DNA of 64,000 nucleotides, taken from positions 992,001 to 1,056,000 of the forward strand of contig CAXXWQ010000004.1 in assembly GCA_963674945.2 (NCBI GenBank). The letters run 5' to 3'. The stretch comes from an uncultured Desulfosarcina sp. Lineage in GTDB: Bacteria > Desulfobacterota > Desulfobacteria > Desulfobacterales > Desulfosarcinaceae. Position 1 is the first letter of the stretch. Every line of letters begins with the position of its first letter. Positions 59,333 to 64,000 of the stretch are shown one piece after another. The position numbers and the translations under genes are program-made. The notes below the pieces were generated by a model, which ran no database searches, was not told the origin of the DNA, and worked only from the letters and a program-made list of their open reading frames with translations.

Positions 59333-62145
59333 TGAAACCATCTCAGTCAAAGAAGCAAACCCGGATCAACCGGCGAGACCTGATCAAAACCGGAGGTATG
59401 GCCGCACTGGGCGTGTTGGCGGCCGGATCGGGCCATGCCTCCCCCGCAAAGCAATCCCTGGATCCCAGGGATGTCCAAAAATCCGCTGCAACCCGTCTTT
59501 CCCCGGAGGCCAAAACCGTGCATTCGGTCTGCCTGGCCTGCAACGCACGCTGCGGTGTGCGGGGTGTGGTCAAGGAGGGCAAACTGGTCAACATTTCCGG
59601 CAACCCCTACCATCCCTACAACACGCAGTTCTCACCCATCGATTATGACACAGAGGTGAAAACGGCGTTGAAAGAAGCCAGCCCAATCTGCGGTAAGGCC
59701 CTGGACACCCCCAACCACATCTACAGCCCCTATCGCCTTCGCAAACCCCTGAAACGCTCAGGCCCCAGGGGATCGGGAAAATTCGAACCCGTATCCTGGA
59801 ACGATCTGATCCGTGAAATCGGTCAGGGAGGCAAACTGTTCGCACATCTCGGAGAAGATCGCATAGTGCCGGGTATCCGTGATCTTTTGTCCGACGAGCC
59901 CATTGATCCGGTGGACCCTTGTCTGGGAAACCATCGCAACGGCCTGGTTTTTCTCACCGGACGTCTCCAGAGCGGCCGAAAGGAGTTCATCGACCGTTTC
60001 GTGAAAAGCGCCGTTGGTTCCAGAAACCGCATCGGTCACACGGACATCTGCGGCCTCGGTTTCCGTATGGGCAATTTCGCCCTGAGCGGCGGCACCCAGG
60101 TGGAACTCAAAGCCGATCCCAAAAATGCCGACTACATCCTTTTGTTCGGAGCCAATATCTACGAGGCCCTACAGCCAGGCGTCAACACCTACGGCGCCAT
60201 GGTGGCCCGTCGGCAGGCCGACGGGCCACTCTCCTTTTCCATCGTGGATCCAAGGGCTACGCGGGCTGCGGCCCATGCCCAGGACTGGCTTGCCGTCAAA
60301 CCGGGCAAGGACGGTGCGCTGGCCATGGGCATCATCCGATGGATGATCGAAAACAACGTCGTCAACCGAGAATACCTGAGTACGCCCAATGAAAAACAGA
60401 TCAAAAAAAAGGGATTCGGCGTTCTTTCCAATGCCAGCCATCTGGTGATCTGCGATCCCGGCCATCCGGACAACGGGGCATTCTTGCGCATGAAACATCT
60501 CGATCCGTCCCTGAACGATACCCCGGGGCAGGAAAAGGTGGTGTTTTCGGTGAATGGCAAAGTTCCTCGTCCGGCCGCATCCATTGGTACGGCGGACCTC
60601 GACAGACAAGCCACGGTAACCGACTATTTCGGCAATGCCATCCAGGTGAAGACCGCCTTTGCCTTGCTTAAACAAGAGGCCATGGCCCACCCCCTTTCCG
60701 AGTATGCGGCCCAGTGCGGTGTGGGTGAGGGGCAGATTGCATCTGTAGCCCGGGAATTCTCGTCCCATGGGACACGGGCTGCCGTGACCCAGTATCACGG
60801 AGCGGGCAACTATGTGAACGGCACCTATGCGGCCTACGCCATCGCCGCCCTCAACGCACTGGTGGGCAGCGTCAACATGAAAGGCGGGTATCTGAAAGGC
60901 GGGGGCGGATGCGGAAAACCCACAGCCGGACTTTTCGACCTCAAATCCTTTCCTGGCAAAAAGAAAAACGGCGGCGTAGCCATCTCCCGCGAGAAGGCCC
61001 ATTATGAGAAATCCGCCGAATTTGCCCAAAAGAAGGCGAAAACAGGCTCTGGCTATCCCGCCGAACGGCCCTGGTTCAGCTTTACAAAGGGTGGACTATC
61101 GGTGGAAGCATTGAGCGGCATCGACCAGCAATACCCCTACAAAGCCCAGGTCCTGTTCACATACCTTTTCAATCCGGTATATTCCATCCCAGGCGGATAT
61201 CGGTTCAAGGAAACCCTGGCTGACCCGGATAAGGTTCCCCTTTATGTTTCCATCGATACGGCCGTCAACGAATCCAATGTGTATTCGGATTATATCATAC
61301 CGGACCTTAGTTTTGCCGAGGGCCATTACGGATGGCTCACCCCCCATGCGCCGGGTCTCTCCTTTACCGGTATCCGAAGCCCCATGATCGAACCGTTGAC
61401 GGACAAAACCCCTGACGGGCGGCCCATCTGCACGGAAACCCTGCTCATCGACCTGGCCGTGTCCCTGGGCCTGCCCGGATTCGGTAAAAAGGCCATCCCC
61501 GGAGCGGACAACACCCTTCATGATCTGATGTGCGCGGAGGATTTTTACGTAAGGGCCTTCGCCAACATTGCCCATGGGGCCAAACTCCCCCATGCGTCGG
61601 ATGAAGAGGTGCAGTATGTGGAATCGAAGGGTTTACTTCTCGATGACCTGGAATCCGGTTTCCCCTTTTCCGTGGTCACCTATAAAAACAGGCTGCACAC
61701 CCAGTCCCGGTCCCTTTGGTCCCAGCATTCCATGGAGATCCAAGGCGAAAACCGGGTGGAAATGAATGAAGCCGACGTGAGAAGACTGGGTCTTACAGAC
61801 GAAGACACGGTGATTGTGGCCTCTCCTAGCAATCCCGCGGGCATCCGAGGAAAGGTGCGGTCCACCGCTTTGATCCGGCCTGGATGCGTGGCGGTCTCTT
61901 TTCATTTCGGGCACACCCAGTTCGGCGCGGGCCCACTGGATATCCCCGGTGGCGAGTCCGCGTTCATGGGCGGACAATCCATCATCAAGGGCCGGTCCCT
62001 GGTCACCAATCCGCTGTTTGCCAAGGGGCTGAACTTCAACGACGTGGCCCTTCTCGAGACCCATCTGAACCGCACCCCCATGGTGGATCTGGTGGGCGGT
62101 ATTCCAGACTTCAGCAGCACCCGGGTCTCCATCACCAAGGTATAA
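59329..62145 (+). CDS. TtrA-like molybdopterin oxidoreductase catalytic subunit
   Basis: Tat RRDLIK, CLACNARC, GNPYHP, PLKRSGPRGSG, HTDICG and FHFGH. Confidence 0.85.
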   Translation: MMKPSQSKKQTRINRRDLIKTGGMAALGVLAAGSGHASPAKQSLDPRDVQKSAATRLSPEAKTVHSVCLACNARCGVRGVVKEGKLVNISGNPYHPYNTQFSPIDYDTEVKTALKEASPICGKALDTPNHIYSPYRLRKPLKRSGPRGSGKFEPVSWNDLIREIGQGGKLFAHLGEDRIVPGIRDLLSDEPIDPVDPCLGNHRNGLVFLTGRLQSGRKEFIDRFVKSAVGSRNRIGHTDICGLGFRMGNFALSGGTQVELKADPKNADYILLFGANIYEALQPGVNTYGAMVARRQADGPLSFSIVDPRATRAAAHAQDWLAVKPGKDGALAMGIIRWMIENNVVNREYLSTPNEKQIKKKGFGVLSNASHLVICDPGHPDNGAFLRMKHLDPSLNDTPGQEKVVFSVNGKVPRPAASIGTADLDRQATVTDYFGNAIQVKTAFALLKQEAMAHPLSEYAAQCGVGEGQIASVAREFSSHGTRAAVTQYHGAGNYVNGTYAAYAIAALNALVGSVNMKGGYLKGGGGCGKPTAGLFDLKSFPGKKKNGGVAISREKAHYEKSAEFAQKKAKTGSGYPAERPWFSFTKGGLSVEALSGIDQQYPYKAQVLFTYLFNPVYSIPGGYRFKETLADPDKVPLYVSIDTAVNESNVYSDYIIPDLSFAEGHYGWLTPHAPGLSFTGIRSPMIEPLTDKTPDGRPICTETLLIDLAVSLGLPGFGKKAIPGADNTLHDLMCAEDFYVRAFANIAHGAKLPHASDEEVQYVESKGLLLDDLESGFPFSVVTYKNRLHTQSRSLWSQHSMEIQGENRVEMNEADVRRLGLTDEDTVIVASPSNPAGIRGKVRSTALIRPGCVAVSFHFGHTQFGAGPLDIPGGESAFMGGQSIIKGRSLVTNPLFAKGLNFNDVALLETHLNRTPMVDLVGGIPDFSSTRVSITKV

Positions 62146-62213
62146 TCAATCGCCTTCCGGCCGTGGTGTCTTCCCAGGACAGGAATTTCAGTAACGGTTT
62201 ACAAATTTTAACG

Positions 62214-62248
62214 AAAAAAGGGAGTCAGCATCTCTGCTGATTCCCTTT
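62214..62248. terminator. Terminator between the ttrA-like gene and the tRNA
   Basis: AAAGGGAGTCAGCA-TCTC-TGCTGATTCCCTTT flanked by A/T tracts. Confidence 0.7.
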
Positions 62249-62273
62249 CATCATATTACTTCTTTATTCTCAC

Positions 62274-62362
62274 TGGTACCGGGGACGGGACTTGAACCCG
62301 TACAATCACTAAGGATCACGAGATTTTAAGTCTCGCGTGTCTACCAGTTCCACCACCCCGGC
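62274..62362 (-). tRNA. tRNA-Leu (anticodon TAA)
   Basis: GCCGGGGTGGTGGAACTGGTAGACAC...GAGACTTAAAATCTC...GGTTCAAGTCCC...ACCA with a long variable arm. Confidence 0.96.
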
Positions 62363-62434
62363 AAATGGCAATGTAAAAAGTGAAACCCCAAGTACAAACC
62401 CGTGTGCAGCTAATAACGGGGATCTGCTGAAAAG

Positions 62435-63157
62435 TCAAGATACCGGCTGCGAAAACGATACCTGGCGCGAGGAAGATTTTTCAATGCGGATGAAATCGAC
62501 CACGCCGTGGCAGCGGCAGGCCGTTGCGATCATCAGCGGACGATGACAATTTTCCATGACGGTCTGAAATGCGTTGAAAAGGTCCCCCGGAAGGATCCCG
62601 CCGACGCCGGGACGGAGCTGATGGCTTCGAAAAACGATGGGCAGGACGCTGTCCACGTCCAGCCGTTTCAGGAGTCGAAAGAGATCCATGGGACGAGGTT
62701 TTCCCGTGTGGGTGCACCTGTTTTTCGGCTCGGGACAATCGTCCGGACAGATGAAATCGGCATGACTGACGTAAACCTGACCGGTCGTTCCCCGAAGGGG
62801 ATGGGGCATCTTCGTAAGCCAACCGTCGGGCACGGGGATCGGCTCCATGTGGAAATGTTTTGGAAGCTTTCGCACCAGCCATTGCTTTGCCACATGGATC
62901 GGAATGGCCGGAACGATCCAATCCACCAATGCTTTTTCATGCAGCATTGCCGACAGCCACGCAATGCCGTCCTGACAAACCACGGTAACCGTGGGGTCAT
63001 CGAAACGAATGTGTTTCTTATCCACCACGGTGATGATCGCCCCCGGCTGTCGCTCCTTGATTCGCGAAACGGCAATCCGGCCGAATCTTCCAGCACCGAT
63101 GATCCAGTAGCGTTTGGATATTACGGGGTTTTTCCTTTGCTGCTTGTTATTGTCCAT
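62435..63157 (-). CDS. Rossmann-fold NAD-binding protein with Cys-rich C-terminus
   Basis: IIGAGRFG, VPAIPIH, CPDDCPEP and TACRCHGV. Confidence 0.75.
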   Translation of the reverse strand: MDNNKQQRKNPVISKRYWIIGAGRFGRIAVSRIKERQPGAIITVVDKKHIRFDDPTVTVVCQDGIAWLSAMLHEKALVDWIVPAIPIHVAKQWLVRKLPKHFHMEPIPVPDGWLTKMPHPLRGTTGQVYVSHADFICPDDCPEPKNRCTHTGKPRPMDLFRLLKRLDVDSVLPIVFRSHQLRPGVGGILPGDLFNAFQTVMENCHRPLMIATACRCHGVVDFIRIEKSSSRQVSFSQPVS

Positions 63158-63257
63158 GGCATTTGGTAAAAAATACTCGTCAATGACATCGAAGTGGAAC
63201 TATCGTCAATCCAGAAATGGCATTTCCGGATGGGCGCGAACGATCCCGGCGAGAAAG

Positions 63258-63872
63258 ATGACGAATACGCCCCACATTATACTGGCATCCCAATCCCCCA
63301 GACGGCGCTACCTGCTCGAACAGGCGGGGCTTGATATAAAGGTGATTCCCAGCCGTTTCGATGAGGATTCAATCCCAATAACAAGACCGGCCTCCTATGT
63401 CAAAGCCCTTGCCGAGGCCAAGGCAAAAGAGATCGCTGTGCAGTATCCGGAACATTATGTAATCGGCGCCGACACCATCGTGACCATCGACGATCATTTT
63501 CTCGGCAAACCCGGCGATGTCGACGAAGCAAGGGCCATGTTGAAGCGGCTGAGCGGGCAAACCCACTTCGTCTATTCGGGGTTTGCCATCCTATGTATAC
63601 ATCGAGAGGCCTGTTTCACCAAAGCCGTCGAGACCAAAGTACAATTCAAGGAATTGACCGATGAGGAGATCGACTGGTACATACAGACGGGAGAGCCTTT
63701 CGACAAAGCCGGTGCATATGCCATTCAGGGGATCGGTACCTTCCTGATACGGCGAATCGATGGGTCCTATACCAATGTGGTCGGCCTGCCGGTATGTGAA
63801 GTGATCGAGGAATTGATCAGGATGGGTGTGGTGACATTTTCCGGCAACGACCCAAAAGGATTGACGGCTTGA
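63258..63872 (+). CDS. maf: Maf-family nucleotide pyrophosphatase
   Basis: ILASQSPRR, IGADTIV, GKP, DKAGAYAIQG and NVVGLP. Confidence 0.94.
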   Translation: MTNTPHIILASQSPRRRYLLEQAGLDIKVIPSRFDEDSIPITRPASYVKALAEAKAKEIAVQYPEHYVIGADTIVTIDDHFLGKPGDVDEARAMLKRLSGQTHFVYSGFAILCIHREACFTKAVETKVQFKELTDEEIDWYIQTGEPFDKAGAYAIQGIGTFLIRRIDGSYTNVVGLPVCEVIEELIRMGVVTFSGNDPKGLTA

Positions 63873-64000
63873 AGGAACGAATAGAAAAAATACGGGAAAA
63901 AATCGAAAATGCGGCCCTTCGATGCGGACGGGACCCGCAGTCGATCCGTCTCGTGGCGGTGAGCAAAACCGTGGGTGTCCATCGCGTCGAACAGGCCATC
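63869..64000 (+). CDS. yggS: YggS-family PLP homeostasis protein (partial, runs off the window)
   Basis: TTG start; LKERIEKIREKIENAALRCGRDPQSIRLVAVSKT. Confidence 0.85.
   Translation, partial: MKERIEKIREKIENAALRCGRDPQSIRLVAVSKTVGVHRVEQAI

Noticed and set aside
62274..62362. tRNA-Leu as the attachment site of an integrated island
   Set aside because: No integrase and no duplicated tRNA 3' end seen in the window
1..64000. CRISPR array, prophage, rRNA or defence system
   Set aside because: No regularly spaced repeats, cas, phage or recognisable defence genes were seen

Overview
A 64 kb window from what looks like a sulfate-reducing deltaproteobacterium (Desulfobacterales-like, inferred from gene content only). 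It is mostly accessory DNA, ending in core genes (tRNA-Leu, maf, yggS). The centre is a ~19 kb minus-strand metal (probably nickel) locus at 23.6-42.3 kb, made of three units. (1) An unknown protein, a degenerate hydrogenase-protease homologue, CooJ-like and CooT nickel chaperones, TrmO and a ferredoxin. (2) An LbtU-like porin and a NikK/L/M/Q/O ECF transporter with a His-rich dual ATPase, followed by two tandem archaeal-type nicotianamine-synthase-like genes and an atypical fold-III PLP enzyme; this is a candidate new metallophore pathway. (3) A FecCD-type ABC importer with FmdE and a flavin reductase. All three leaders share a CCAYGAAGG hairpin/terminator motif preceded by a second ACGAA, a possible undescribed attenuator. 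Elsewhere: a hybrid kinase-cheR-cheB-kinase operon, a sigma54 permease/Tat-MBL/CobW operon, two IS elements, an MCP, FadL, argD, a radical SAM protein, transglutaminase-ttrB-ttrA, and many truncated or internally deleted genes. All family calls come from motif recognition, not from database searches.
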